Both the position numbers and the translations under genes were made by a program. DNA of 64,000 nt, taken from positions 96,001-160,000 of the IMG/VR virus record IMGVR_UViG_3300037247_001890; one strand, written 5' to 3'. This DNA comes from a virus. Position 1 is the stretch's first letter, and every line of letters begins with the position of its first letter. The notes under the pieces were generated by a model. That model was not told the DNA's origin. It saw nothing but the letters and a program-made list of their open reading frames with translations, and did not search any database. Of the stretch, positions 10,282 through 20,642 are shown piece by piece.

Positions 10282-11424
10282 TTAGTAAACATATTTCTCC
10301 AATGGAATTTGTGAGTTAGTTTTATAAGTCTTGAAGCCGACCCAAAAAGCTACCCAAACATCTCTTGGTAAGGTAAATTCCGAACTACCTGTAGCAAAAT
10401 CACCCATGTAGACCCACTTCTTACCAGCAATTGGTTGTTGTATATCTTTGAAAGCCCATTGTAGAGTTCCAAATGGTATTGCTCCATACAAGGCTGTTAA
10501 TCCTGGATATTGTCTTATAGGCCCATCCTCGGTATCTGACACATACATAAAAACAACATAGGTTATTATACGTTGTGCCATTTCGTACGTAACTGTAATA
10601 TTTCTACCAAAAGCATCCTTACTCTCTATAGGAAATGCCGTTTTACTCAATTCTCTTAAATCAGTCCATGATAATTTTATGATATCCCCTGTTATCACTC
10701 CACTTTCTGGGTTCGGAGTATTCGTGGCTTCAAGATCAATTCCTTCAACATACTCATAAACATCCGGAACACCATCTAATTTAACATTGGTGTCATATGC
10801 AGAATATACTACACCAGCCTCTTTATAAGGAATGCTTAAACCATCAAAAAATATAGCTTGAAAATCAAAATAGTCTGGTTTCGCTTCCAAATCTATTTCT
10901 GCTCTCACATTTAAAGCTGATATTTCATCATCGGCTATGGCTATTGATTTGAAGGGCGCATAATCAACGGCGTCTTCTGTCCTCTTAGAATAAACTTCTA
11001 TACTCCTTAAATCTCCTATATCCGGAGTTAAATTAGAAAATGCTATTTGTATGACCGCTTTTTCAGCTCTATTGATATCTACCTTACTGGTCAATTCATT
11101 GATAGATATAATAGGCTGAATAGAATACTCAAGTGGATTATAATCTGTGCCCGCAGCAGAATATTCCAGATCAATTATATTTATAAAATTTTCTGGAATA
11201 GCCCCGCCACCGTAAAATTTTACAGTGTAAAAACCACTTTCTGTTATACCAAATTCCCAGCTACCATCTTTATCAGTAGTATCATAATCTATCTGAGCAA
11301 GTAAAGTTCCGTTTGCTGCGACTTTCCATAGCACAACACCCATGCCAGCTATTTTGATACCTTTGGTGGAAGCTACCGCCCCATAAAGTTTATTGTCGTT
11401 ATATATCCAAGGAAATATTGCCAT
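10282..11424 (-). CDS. Virion structural protein with Ig/FN3-like domains
   Basis: N-terminal TTDKDGSWEF...GFYTVKF (prealbumin/Cna-like) and a C-terminal FN3-like region shared with 7573-8502. Confidence 0.55.
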   Translation of the reverse strand: MAIFPWIYNDNKLYGAVASTKGIKIAGMGVVLWKVAANGTLLAQIDYDTTDKDGSWEFGITESGFYTVKFYGGGAIPENFINIIDLEYSAAGTDYNPLEYSIQPIISINELTSKVDINRAEKAVIQIAFSNLTPDIGDLRSIEVYSKRTEDAVDYAPFKSIAIADDEISALNVRAEIDLEAKPDYFDFQAIFFDGLSIPYKEAGVVYSAYDTNVKLDGVPDVYEYVEGIDLEATNTPNPESGVITGDIIKLSWTDLRELSKTAFPIESKDAFGRNITVTYEMAQRIITYVVFMYVSDTEDGPIRQYPGLTALYGAIPFGTLQWAFKDIQQPIAGKKWVYMGDFATGSSEFTLPRDVWVAFWVGFKTYKTNSQIPLEKYVY

Positions 11425-11426
11425 TT

Positions 11427-13751
11427 TTAACTGCTTGGTGGATAATAAATATCTCTATAGTGAATTGTTAAAATACCACTTACGTGCTTGAAATTTCCAA
11501 TTCCAGCTGGATCCCAAGTATCTACGACTAATCGTCTTGCACCTCTGGAACTTAAAATAGACAGATTAATTATCTGGTCTGCAAAGAAATAATCAGATGC
11601 TGTTACTTCTACTTCTTTTCCCAAAGACTCATTACTATATTGATAAAATCTTAATATAGCAGGTTCTTGATCTGTGCCGTCAGTAATATCACAGTCGAAA
11701 TCAATACGGGTTATTATTACATCCTGACTAAAATTATGTTGATAAATGAATTTTTGTCGTTTGAGATATTCATCCATAGCAGCTAACTCTGTAATTCCAG
11801 AAACATTAGGTGCAACATTCCCAAGATAAACCGTAGCTGATACATCTATATCGGCTATATCCCAAGTTGTTGAAAGCTGGTAAAGTATAGCCCTATCATC
11901 TTGTGTTCTTATTTCAATCATTTTATATTTATTTCTATTAGGAGAATCCGAATCCAAAATATTTTTTCCCTGTAATCTCATAGGAAATTGCAATCCTGAA
12001 TATGCATAATCCACTACAGCAAAGCCTGGTGCGTCAACATATATTAAATCCATGCCTGTAACAGCTTCACCATAAATATCAACAGTTACATAAGGTAATA
12101 ATTTTTCGTTAGGCAATGCACCACCGGCACCACCAACAATGCTTGTTTCTACATAAGGTACTCCTGATGTAGAAGCAACCCAGCCACCACGTAAAGGTCT
12201 AACTTTTATATTGTATTCACGAATTCCTAAAGCTGATACATTTACAACACGATCATTAGTTACAATTCTTTGGTGATTTGCATTAGTAAAATCCGCTCCA
12301 GTGTTGTCAGTTGTGTAAACAATTTCGAAGTCGGTTGCGTCGTCCATTCCAATAATAGTAATTTTAAAACCAGCATCATCAGCTGTCGCTGTTACAGCAG
12401 CCCCAGTCATATCAATTTCTGGTATTACTACTATAAAAGGCGAAGCATAAGTTTCTTCATTAACACCAAGATCCATATATTTTCCAACAGGCATCGTTAT
12501 TATGGGCGATTTTTCTTCATCATTTGATGCTTGAACTCTGAAGTCGTATTTCCAGCCAAGGTTAAGTAATAATGCAACACTTTGTTCCGGAGGAGTGGCT
12601 CCTAAGCCAACTTCTGTTTGCACGGATCCATATGCTCTCATCATACCACCACCAGCACCTATATGTTGTGCTTTTACTTTATATTTATCTGCATTATGAT
12701 GAAGTTTGGCCGGATTAGATGAATTCGCATCTGGGACAGTTCCGGCACCAGCACCGTTAGGAAGTGTCAAATCAAGTCGCGTATAATTACTACCATCTGT
12801 GACATCATTAGAAACAATCAAATAATCAACGCTGTCTACTCGGAAGTAATAACCTATTAATTCGTCCACACTAAATTGAATAGTATCTGTGTGTACAGTT
12901 GAGTCATAACCTTCCATAGTAAATTCGCTGCTCCCACCAGTTCCTGTTACATAATCAAAACCCCATTCAAATTCTACCTTTGCTTGTGGAACCCTGTAAC
13001 TTTTGCGTAAATAAAAAGGAATATAATTTTGTGCTGAAACTTCTACATCATCCCATAAGCTAACCGGTGATATGTCTTTAATTCTTATTCTTATCGGATC
13101 TAGTGGCGTTTCTGGTACTAGTTTAACTGACAGTCCAAGACCGTTTCCATAATCTTCATGACCTACCCCAACTTTAAAATCTATGTTAGTAGTATACCAA
13201 TCAGTGTTTTGGAAGTGAGATAGTTGGTCATAGAACTCTAATTTATTTTCACCTCTGAGATCAGTTATGTATACGTTTGATCCATCGCGATGCACAGTTG
13301 CCAATTCTATTCCGGAATTTCCTGGATCGTTTACAGTCAAACCATAGTAAGGAAATTGCATACTATCCTCGAATTGTGTTCCGGAAGCTAGCCAGGCAAA
13401 TCCATCCAAAATTTGAACAGGATCTGTTGTAAAAGGAATATATGAAATCCACGCACTACCGCTGTAGCCATCAGTTATTGTTAATCGCCTATCTTGTACA
13501 GGATCATTGCTAGACACCACAATAGGATGGCCAGCTGGTACGATAGCTATTCCAGGACTTACTTCAATACTATCAGTAGAATATTGGGATATTTCCATAT
13601 TCGTGTCAGTTACACCAGAATAGAGAACACCAAACGTTTTGAAGATTGAATCCATAAAGTCCTTTGTATTATTGGAAGCAACGTTTTGTATACTGTCTAT
13701 TAATACAGAGAGATCAACTTTAGATCCTTTTGGAGCTATAATTTTTTCCAT
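11427..13751 (-). CDS. Large baseplate/tail-fibre attachment protein with FN3-like segments
   Basis: 774 aa; SIEVSPGIAIVPAGHPIVV...IELATV...ITDLR N-terminal pattern; YDFRVQASN and YNIKVRP FN3-like strands. Confidence 0.55.
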   Translation of the reverse strand: MEKIIAPKGSKVDLSVLIDSIQNVASNNTKDFMDSIFKTFGVLYSGVTDTNMEISQYSTDSIEVSPGIAIVPAGHPIVVSSNDPVQDRRLTITDGYSGSAWISYIPFTTDPVQILDGFAWLASGTQFEDSMQFPYYGLTVNDPGNSGIELATVHRDGSNVYITDLRGENKLEFYDQLSHFQNTDWYTTNIDFKVGVGHEDYGNGLGLSVKLVPETPLDPIRIRIKDISPVSLWDDVEVSAQNYIPFYLRKSYRVPQAKVEFEWGFDYVTGTGGSSEFTMEGYDSTVHTDTIQFSVDELIGYYFRVDSVDYLIVSNDVTDGSNYTRLDLTLPNGAGAGTVPDANSSNPAKLHHNADKYKVKAQHIGAGGGMMRAYGSVQTEVGLGATPPEQSVALLLNLGWKYDFRVQASNDEEKSPIITMPVGKYMDLGVNEETYASPFIVVIPEIDMTGAAVTATADDAGFKITIIGMDDATDFEIVYTTDNTGADFTNANHQRIVTNDRVVNVSALGIREYNIKVRPLRGGWVASTSGVPYVETSIVGGAGGALPNEKLLPYVTVDIYGEAVTGMDLIYVDAPGFAVVDYAYSGLQFPMRLQGKNILDSDSPNRNKYKMIEIRTQDDRAILYQLSTTWDIADIDVSATVYLGNVAPNVSGITELAAMDEYLKRQKFIYQHNFSQDVIITRIDFDCDITDGTDQEPAILRFYQYSNESLGKEVEVTASDYFFADQIINLSILSSRGARRLVVDTWDPAGIGNFKHVSGILTIHYRDIYYPPSS

Positions 13752-13778
13752 CTTTTATTTTTCTTTCAAATTTTAATA

Positions 13779-13807
13779 AATTTAACGAATTTTTTTGTTT
13801 AAAGCAA
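13779..13807 (-). promoter_or_regulatory. Sigma70-type promoter TTGCTT-17-TAAATT
   Basis: Exact 17-nt spacer, upstream of the start at 13751. Confidence 0.55.
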
Positions 13808-14833
13808 GGTTGTTGTCTTATTAAATGCTTTATCTATGAAGTCATCTTCATAATTATTTATAAAATCATTGTTATAATTACTTCTAGCAGAAGCAGTAAC
13901 TTCCAATATGAAAGCATTTGCATCCTTTAATGTTCCAAATTCGGTTTCAATATCTGCAGGATCCGTTAGTCTGTCTTTTATTTCTATGCCATCAGTCAAT
14001 GGTTGGAATCTGTTAACCTCAACACCGTCGCCTATACTCCAGTTCTCACCGCCAGGCAAGTAATAAGTATAATCCCCTATCATGCATTCTTGTCCGGAAA
14101 TACTAGAGGTTCCTGCCTCATATGCAAAAGGAAGATTATACAAAATATTGTATAAATATTCTAAATTACCGATAGAGGGCATTTGTATTCTATAATAAAA
14201 TACTCCCCAAGTCATATATTTTAGTAACTTCGCCTGTTCCACTAAATATGTATGATCTGTCTCTAACCCGGAGGCATATACACCATCATAAGTAAACGGA
14301 AAATAAATCTCTTGTCCAGGCACTAATATATCTGTATCTGCCATTGTACGCATTAAATGAAAAGTCATAGGATCTATTCGGTACAAATTATCAGCAAACA
14401 TTGAAACTTTTTTTTGCTCGATGTATCTTGTATCCGGATCTAATCCTGATGAAATGTCATAAACGTATAATTTGTTTGCGTCAACTATTTCAAAATCCGT
14501 TCCCTGTGTCAACACTTGTCCAGTATTGATGCCACTTAGAACGGGTATTGAGAATGCGCCAACATATTCATCTGGTAAAGAGAAATAATTGGTTTCATTT
14601 ATTCTATTATCTTCTACACCAGACCACACCAAATCAATACTAACGTATTGATGATTCCACACATCTGGGCTATGTTCCGGAAATTTTCCTATCGCAACTT
14701 TATATAAATTTTTGTGACTTTCTTTTAAAGCTGTTAGCATTCCATCCCAAAATGCTTCCAAATCTGACCTATTTTCGAAATGCAGCCAGAAACTGCCAAG
14801 TCCTTTCCAAAAATCTTGTGCTGTATTAAACAA
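13799..14833 (-). CDS. Baseplate wedge-like protein
   Basis: Position after the baseplate J-like genes; FWKGLGSFW and ILYNLPFAYE patterns. Confidence 0.45.
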   Translation of the reverse strand: MFNTAQDFWKGLGSFWLHFENRSDLEAFWDGMLTALKESHKNLYKVAIGKFPEHSPDVWNHQYVSIDLVWSGVEDNRINETNYFSLPDEYVGAFSIPVLSGINTGQVLTQGTDFEIVDANKLYVYDISSGLDPDTRYIEQKKVSMFADNLYRIDPMTFHLMRTMADTDILVPGQEIYFPFTYDGVYASGLETDHTYLVEQAKLLKYMTWGVFYYRIQMPSIGNLEYLYNILYNLPFAYEAGTSSISGQECMIGDYTYYLPGGENWSIGDGVEVNRFQPLTDGIEIKDRLTDPADIETEFGTLKDANAFILEVTASARSNYNNDFINNYEDDFIDKAFNKTTTLL

Positions 14834-16538
14834 CCTTAGTCACTCCAAGTAAGTCGTTGTTATGTGTATAAAAACTTCCAATACCAGAAAAAGAATAAGA
14901 ACTAGACACCGCGATACCACTTCCGCTTGTTCTAATATTTTTATAATTATAAGATCTTATTTTTATATCAAGCGTATTTAAATTGACATAAGTAACACCT
15001 TGCGTATATATGTATGATAGTAGATCAGTTACTTCAAAGACCGAATCTGTTATACTATGAACAAAATCTTTTATATGTTCAATTACTTGAGCTTCCGTTA
15101 ACAATCCCCTAAATTCCAAATTATCTATTTGTATTACATGAGGAGGTTTTATTTTCACAGTATTAACCGCCCCGGGTGCTCTATACTCATTAGAATTTAA
15201 CAAGGTTTGCACAGCAACGCCATCTTGGTAATATCTAGATCTAATGGTGAAGGTTTCACTAACACCGGTATAGGAACCACCTAAAGTTATATATTGCAAC
15301 GGCTCCGTAGAGAAAGCTGACCATACCACAGTAGTCATAGTCCAATCTGAATAATCTAATGAAGAATCTCCGGAATCTACTATTTCTGCTATTTCTTGTA
15401 TTGGTACACTAAAATCAACATCTGTAACATTAATAATACCATCAACTGAGTCTATTTCAAATTCTTCTTCAACTATCTTTTCAGGCGAATCTACCCATAC
15501 ATCAATCATGTTTCCAGTATGAATTCCGGATGGCATTACGTTTTCTAAGGAGGTATAATAACTATTTAAATTCTTTTCACCTACGGTACCATCTGGTCTT
15601 GCCGCAGCATACACGTATCCGTCTGCATTTCTATAAGTACCTATATCCTCTATCTCATACATAATTTCTGTATCTTCTACTTGCGTAGCTCCTGTAGAAG
15701 TATTGGTTCCAGCTACTACCCATTGCTCTCCGGAAGTCAATAAAAAAGAAGTTAAGCCGTAGTTTGTATCTTGATCATAAGCATATCCGTAATATTTAAA
15801 TGTGGCCGGTCCGGTAAATGAACTTGGTGTAGCTTTGAATTTAAATAGCGAATAAGGATATGCGGAATCTATGGCTAATATTTGAAGATCATCAAAGAAC
15901 CATTCCCCACCATTTGTATTATGTACTCCTATTCCAAATTGGTAATCTTCTTCTGTGCCATCTCTAAATGTTCCTGTCATAGCACCACTTTTTACTATAA
16001 CATAAGCCGCGCCAGGCCCATCATCATCACCAGGTTCTCCACTTCCATTGTTCCAAACTTTGACTATAATCGAATTATCACTTTTTATTTTTAATGAAAA
16101 TTCATACCAAGTGTCTATTAAAATTTCCTTTTTACCAGCAGCAATAAATTTATTTATACCTAAATCTTCCCTAACAATACTATTTCCTATATTGATTTCG
16201 TCACTTAACACATCATTGTCCACAATATAAACATTATAGGTATTTTCGTCACCTTTTATCCACGCCATTCCCACACCATCATGAGGAATTGCGTAATTTT
16301 CGCTTCTCCAAAAAGTAGTATAACACATATTTCCGTTGTCACTGGGATCACTTGTTTTAAATTTTCCATTAAATTTGACACCTGTGTGTATCCCCATATA
16401 CCGATGCAATATGGGGGAAAAATTATAAGCTACGTCGGTGCTAATCAAATCTTCGAAAATTGCTCTTACATCATTCAATAATTTATTTTTTAGATTGTAC
16501 CAACTATCAAATACATCACCTTTAAAATTTCTTGCCAT
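14826..16538 (-). CDS. Baseplate protein (J-like C-terminal part with lectin/jelly-roll-like insert)
   Basis: IHTGNMIDVWV, VQTLLNSNEYR and IKDFVHSI...FEVTDL resemble the distal part of J-like proteins; WYEFSLKI...IIVKVW...FFDDLQI is lectin-like. Confidence 0.5.
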   Translation of the reverse strand: MARNFKGDVFDSWYNLKNKLLNDVRAIFEDLISTDVAYNFSPILHRYMGIHTGVKFNGKFKTSDPSDNGNMCYTTFWRSENYAIPHDGVGMAWIKGDENTYNVYIVDNDVLSDEINIGNSIVREDLGINKFIAAGKKEILIDTWYEFSLKIKSDNSIIVKVWNNGSGEPGDDDGPGAAYVIVKSGAMTGTFRDGTEEDYQFGIGVHNTNGGEWFFDDLQILAIDSAYPYSLFKFKATPSSFTGPATFKYYGYAYDQDTNYGLTSFLLTSGEQWVVAGTNTSTGATQVEDTEIMYEIEDIGTYRNADGYVYAAARPDGTVGEKNLNSYYTSLENVMPSGIHTGNMIDVWVDSPEKIVEEEFEIDSVDGIINVTDVDFSVPIQEIAEIVDSGDSSLDYSDWTMTTVVWSAFSTEPLQYITLGGSYTGVSETFTIRSRYYQDGVAVQTLLNSNEYRAPGAVNTVKIKPPHVIQIDNLEFRGLLTEAQVIEHIKDFVHSITDSVFEVTDLLSYIYTQGVTYVNLNTLDIKIRSYNYKNIRTSGSGIAVSSSYSFSGIGSFYTHNNDLLGVTKVV

Positions 16539-17710
16539 TATGAAATTCCTTGTCCTAATGATTGAATAACACGAGTTATCTGAGCTATTATTTCATCAAG
16601 TTTTTTCTGATTTAATACTACTTGAATATCAGGTTCTGTGTCTTCCGCAATTCCAAGCCTAACTGTACTACTTATTACAGTTATTTCTTCCGGAACTTTT
16701 AATTTAGAATACCCGAGTTCTCCATCAGATGTAAGCCAATTACTACTTAACGTTGCTTCACTAAAAGTCTCATTTAACAAATTTGTAGAAACCGTATTAG
16801 CATATAATGCATCATCTAGTCTATATAAACCCTCGTATTGTACATCGTCAAATTCATTCAAAGAAATATTTTGGAAGTCCGGTGGTTGTTGCCCACTCAA
16901 TATAAAAGCACCACCTATATTTCGATTATATGGTAAAGAGTCGTATCCCTGCAATTTGCCAAAAAAATCTAAGATTTTATAATCATCAAAATCGAAACCT
17001 TCATAATTGATATCTCTAACCATTTCCACATCTCCAAAACCTCTTACATCAAGATCTTTGATATCATAATGATCACTAATTATTTTTTTGAAGCTCAGCT
17101 TAGATAATGATGTGTCTGAAGTTACTGAGTTAACTAATCTTTCGTAGAAGTCTTCGTTAGTCTCATCATCCACGCCTCTAGAAAAACTATTAGAATTAAA
17201 AACTTTCAAATAAACAAAGGGAGCATTAACTATTTCATTGATTTCATCAGGACCGATCGTGTAGTCATCGCCAGGTTGCATTGACTCAACAGGAATGGCA
17301 CCAGTAAGAAAATAAGCATTTTCTGGATTTAAACTCATTTGGGAAGAAGTAATTGAGTATTGCCTTGTCGCTTGAAATATTTTGCCGTCACTTGTTTGAA
17401 ATTGTAATCCTTTTTGAATTGTCAAGTTTACAGCGGAAGAAAAGCCTATCTTAACATATCCTGTTGCTAGTGCACCGGATCGCCTAGTTAAAAGGAAAGT
17501 TGATGCGATCGCATCTAAATCTCCCTGAGACAACGCAGTCAAATCAACTACAGATAGAAAATTTTCTAACTCTTGTAAAACAGTCTGATAATATTCTAAT
17601 ACATTACTCAAAGGATTTATTAATATATCAGTCACCCCAGAACCTTCGGATACGTCAACATCCGGATCATTCTGTGTAATTATATTTTTTACTAATTGCT
17701 TAATATCCAT
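16538..17710 (-). CDS. Baseplate J/gp6-like protein (N-terminal part)
   Basis: DVSEGSGVTDILINP...LDAIASTFLLTRRSG.LATG.V...G.QFQT.DG...GDDYTIG...GVDDETNEDFYER. Confidence 0.8.
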   Translation of the reverse strand: MDIKQLVKNIITQNDPDVDVSEGSGVTDILINPLSNVLEYYQTVLQELENFLSVVDLTALSQGDLDAIASTFLLTRRSGALATGYVKIGFSSAVNLTIQKGLQFQTSDGKIFQATRQYSITSSQMSLNPENAYFLTGAIPVESMQPGDDYTIGPDEINEIVNAPFVYLKVFNSNSFSRGVDDETNEDFYERLVNSVTSDTSLSKLSFKKIISDHYDIKDLDVRGFGDVEMVRDINYEGFDFDDYKILDFFGKLQGYDSLPYNRNIGGAFILSGQQPPDFQNISLNEFDDVQYEGLYRLDDALYANTVSTNLLNETFSEATLSSNWLTSDGELGYSKLKVPEEITVISSTVRLGIAEDTEPDIQVVLNQKKLDEIIAQITRVIQSLGQGIS

Positions 17711-17711
17711 T

Positions 17712-18128
17712 CTATATCCTTAAAAGATAAGTTTCATTACTTGCCGTCTGAACAAATATTTCTATTTCCCAGTCATTGCCACCAATTTTGTTTACTGATT
17801 GTAACATTAAGTCTATTAACCTTTCTGAATCATCCAAATCTTTATCTAATTGATCTGTAATTATTAAATCTTCTGCTTGACTCACAGCCATGCTTACATA
17901 TGAAGACATCTCCTGCTCATGTTGTGGACCATACGAAAGAAAAACTTGTAAATTACTTCCATAATTTGGATTGTATAAATCACTGCCAAGGACTGTAAAA
18001 AGTATTTTTGATATCTTTTGTAATAAAGTTTCTATTCCTCTTACTATCCCGGAATTTTTCGACCCGAAACCTCTATAGGTTCTGTCATCAAGATCATTGA
18101 CGTACAAAAGTTTTATATCTTTTTTCAT
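17712..18128 (-). CDS. gp25/GPW-like baseplate wedge protein
   Basis: RGIETLLQKISKILFTVLGSDLYNPNYGSNL; directly upstream of the J-like gene. Confidence 0.75.
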   Translation of the reverse strand: MKKDIKLLYVNDLDDRTYRGFGSKNSGIVRGIETLLQKISKILFTVLGSDLYNPNYGSNLQVFLSYGPQHEQEMSSYVSMAVSQAEDLIITDQLDKDLDDSERLIDLMLQSVNKIGGNDWEIEIFVQTASNETYLLRI

Positions 18129-19883
18129 TTATGCGCCCAACACGTCTATACCAAAATTATCTTTGATTGCTTTTTTTGGATCTTCTATCACAGCCATTTT
18201 TTTAATTAATGCTTTTGTATAATTTATTTTTCTCTGATTTTGGCTTAGATCCATTTCGGATCTACTTTCTGCTAATTCACCTATTGCCACTTTTCCTGCA
18301 CATCTATCATCAGTTCTTTTTGGCCAGAGAATATCTTTGAGTCCTGTAAAATCTAATCCAATCAAAGCATTCAATGCTGGTGTATTTCCTACTTGCTCAA
18401 GTAAATTGATGACGTTTCCAATATTATTATTATAAATTTTTAAGGCTTCCGAAACAAGAGCATTGTCCCAAACATCAAATTGGTTGCAAATGTCTATTAA
18501 ATATTGATCATTTCGTAAAGCTACATTTATTCTTCTTCTGATGTTCCCTATCTTTATTAGGGCTTGTCTAGATCCGCCTTCAGAAAAGAAACCAAAAATA
18601 ATTGCTTCATAACTTTCCAATATAAGATCTGGAACTGTTTCAGCAGGGTGTTCTCCCGAATCGGGATATTGCCTTGCTTCGGTGACTAGTATTTCTAATC
18701 CTACAAAGTCACTTAAAATATCATCATATTCAGTAACAATCTCTTTTTTTACAAGCAACTTTGTATATAAAGCGCGTAGTTGTATTAAATACATTGCATT
18801 TTTTGCCGCTAATTTAACTTCAGACGGAACAGTTATATAAGCATCGGTTTCCATCTGTTCTTGTATTGTGCTTATTTCATTCAAAGAATCTTCAAGATCT
18901 GTAGATAAAATACCTGCAAATTTTTTCATGCCTTCCCAGGTAGTGTCAAGATCCCTAATTTCTTCAAGACTTTTTCTTATAAGTCTATTTACCGGAATTA
19001 GTTCTTTACCTTTAAATATCCTGTTAATTTCTTTTCTTGCAAAATCTTGCAACCAAGTGGCACTAATTCCTTCATTTGGTTTTTCTGTAATAAAACGCAA
19101 GGACATTAAAGTATATATAGAAACCCACTCAGGAAAAATATCATCCAATATTTTTTTGTCTGCTGGTATTAAACTTAATACATCCAACGAAGTTTCGGCA
19201 AATTTTATCAAATCATCTTCTACCTTATCCCACCATTTTTTCCAGTAAACAAATAAATCAGGACGATTTATGTCTACATATCTGGTCTCTAAAACATCTC
19301 CTGCAGATTTAACATCTTCAGTAGATGCTCTATATGATGTAGAAGAAAAACTTTGAAAAGTTTTAAACATTTTATAAGCTCTTTTCATCTTTGCCTTAGC
19401 TCCTTTCATATATCTTTCTGATGCTCTCAGTTTTCTTAACTCAAAGTTTGCCACTTCATAGTAATCCCATGCGCGTATAAAGATAGTCATGTCTGCAAGT
19501 TTATCATATAATGTGTTTAAAACATTTATTCTGCTTTGTAAATCAGTTTTTAAATTTTGTACCAAAAGATAAGTAACTGCCAATTTCATTTGTGGTGCAC
19601 TGGTCAAAGTTATAGAGATATAATCTTGTGCCCTTTCTATAACTTCTGATACTATATCATTTTCCAATAGACCTTCTACCAAACCAGTACTAAAGAGAGT
19701 AGTAGCAGCACCTAAAATTTGAGAAATACCAGCAGTAATAAGAGGGTTTCCCCAAATTCTACTGTTTTTCAATGTATTGCTGAATTCACCAAGTTCTCGT
19801 TCAAGATCTTTTTCCAACTTACTTATGAGATCTGTAGGATCACAAGGAACATCAACATTTATTTCTGGTAAATATACCGGCAT
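18129..19883 (-). CDS. Large alpha-helical hypothetical protein
   Basis: 584 aa, translationally coupled to the sigma gene. Confidence 0.6.
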   Translation of the reverse strand: MPVYLPEINVDVPCDPTDLISKLEKDLERELGEFSNTLKNSRIWGNPLITAGISQILGAATTLFSTGLVEGLLENDIVSEVIERAQDYISITLTSAPQMKLAVTYLLVQNLKTDLQSRINVLNTLYDKLADMTIFIRAWDYYEVANFELRKLRASERYMKGAKAKMKRAYKMFKTFQSFSSTSYRASTEDVKSAGDVLETRYVDINRPDLFVYWKKWWDKVEDDLIKFAETSLDVLSLIPADKKILDDIFPEWVSIYTLMSLRFITEKPNEGISATWLQDFARKEINRIFKGKELIPVNRLIRKSLEEIRDLDTTWEGMKKFAGILSTDLEDSLNEISTIQEQMETDAYITVPSEVKLAAKNAMYLIQLRALYTKLLVKKEIVTEYDDILSDFVGLEILVTEARQYPDSGEHPAETVPDLILESYEAIIFGFFSEGGSRQALIKIGNIRRRINVALRNDQYLIDICNQFDVWDNALVSEALKIYNNNIGNVINLLEQVGNTPALNALIGLDFTGLKDILWPKRTDDRCAGKVAIGELAESRSEMDLSQNQRKINYTKALIKKMAVIEDPKKAIKDNFGIDVLGA

Positions 19884-20605
19884 TATATAATACCCATTCT
19901 TTTAGCTTTATTTACTTTTTCTGCAAATTTTATTCTTTTCCTGCGTACATAAACTTCCGGTTTTCCTATACGTAATGCTATATCTTTTACATCCAATTTA
20001 GGTTTTCCACCCCAACCAAAAGAATATTCAAAGATTAATTTTTCTTCTTGATCCGCTTCATAATAAGCAAAGAAAAGTATTTCTGATGTGGTATCCGTAC
20101 TGAACATTATGTTTTCAAAGAATGCTTCTTCTTCGCCACCAGTAGTTATTGCTAAATCTTTTCTCAATTCATTTTCCATACGCTCAACTTCTCTTGGAGC
20201 CCATGTCAAAGAGTCTGCTAACTCTACTGTATTAGGTTCCCTACCTAAATCTTCCATTAAATTCTGTTTTATTTTTTGAAATTTTCCAACAGCCAATGCA
20301 CGATTTTCTGGTATTTTTCCTATGTTAACATAATTCAAAACATACCTTTGCAGATGTTTCTGATGATTTGTCACATGTGTCCCAAGTTGTGCTTTGGAGG
20401 GATCATATGTTTTGAAAGCTTCTAAAGCCAGTTTACGAGCCTCTGCTTCCAAAGCAGACCGAGGAATGCTTGGATGTTGATAACGGTTGATTTGACTCTG
20501 TAATAAAGGGTCTAAACTTTTTATAAGTTTATTTTGTGCTACTTTGCTTCCTAATTTCCAGTCTCCCCAAAGCTTTAGTTCCTCTTCTTTTGAATACGTT
20601 TTCAT
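19883..20605 (-). CDS. Phage sigma70-family sigma factor (FliA/SigF-like)
   Basis: AQNKLIKSL.PL...EAFKTYDPSK...LGTHV (region 2), LGREPNTVELAD (region 3), C-terminal HTH KDIALRIGKPEVYV. Confidence 0.8.
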   Translation of the reverse strand: MKTYSKEEELKLWGDWKLGSKVAQNKLIKSLDPLLQSQINRYQHPSIPRSALEAEARKLALEAFKTYDPSKAQLGTHVTNHQKHLQRYVLNYVNIGKIPENRALAVGKFQKIKQNLMEDLGREPNTVELADSLTWAPREVERMENELRKDLAITTGGEEEAFFENIMFSTDTTSEILFFAYYEADQEEKLIFEYSFGWGGKPKLDVKDIALRIGKPEVYVRRKRIKFAEKVNKAKRMGII

Positions 20606-20613
20606 ATGTTTTA

Positions 20614-20642
20614 AATATAAATAAAATTAACAGTTATATCAA
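20614..20642 (-). promoter_or_regulatory. Sigma70-type promoter TTGATA-17-TATATT, near-leaderless, for the sigma gene
   Basis: The -10 box ends 8 nt before the ATG; no SD is present. Confidence 0.55.
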
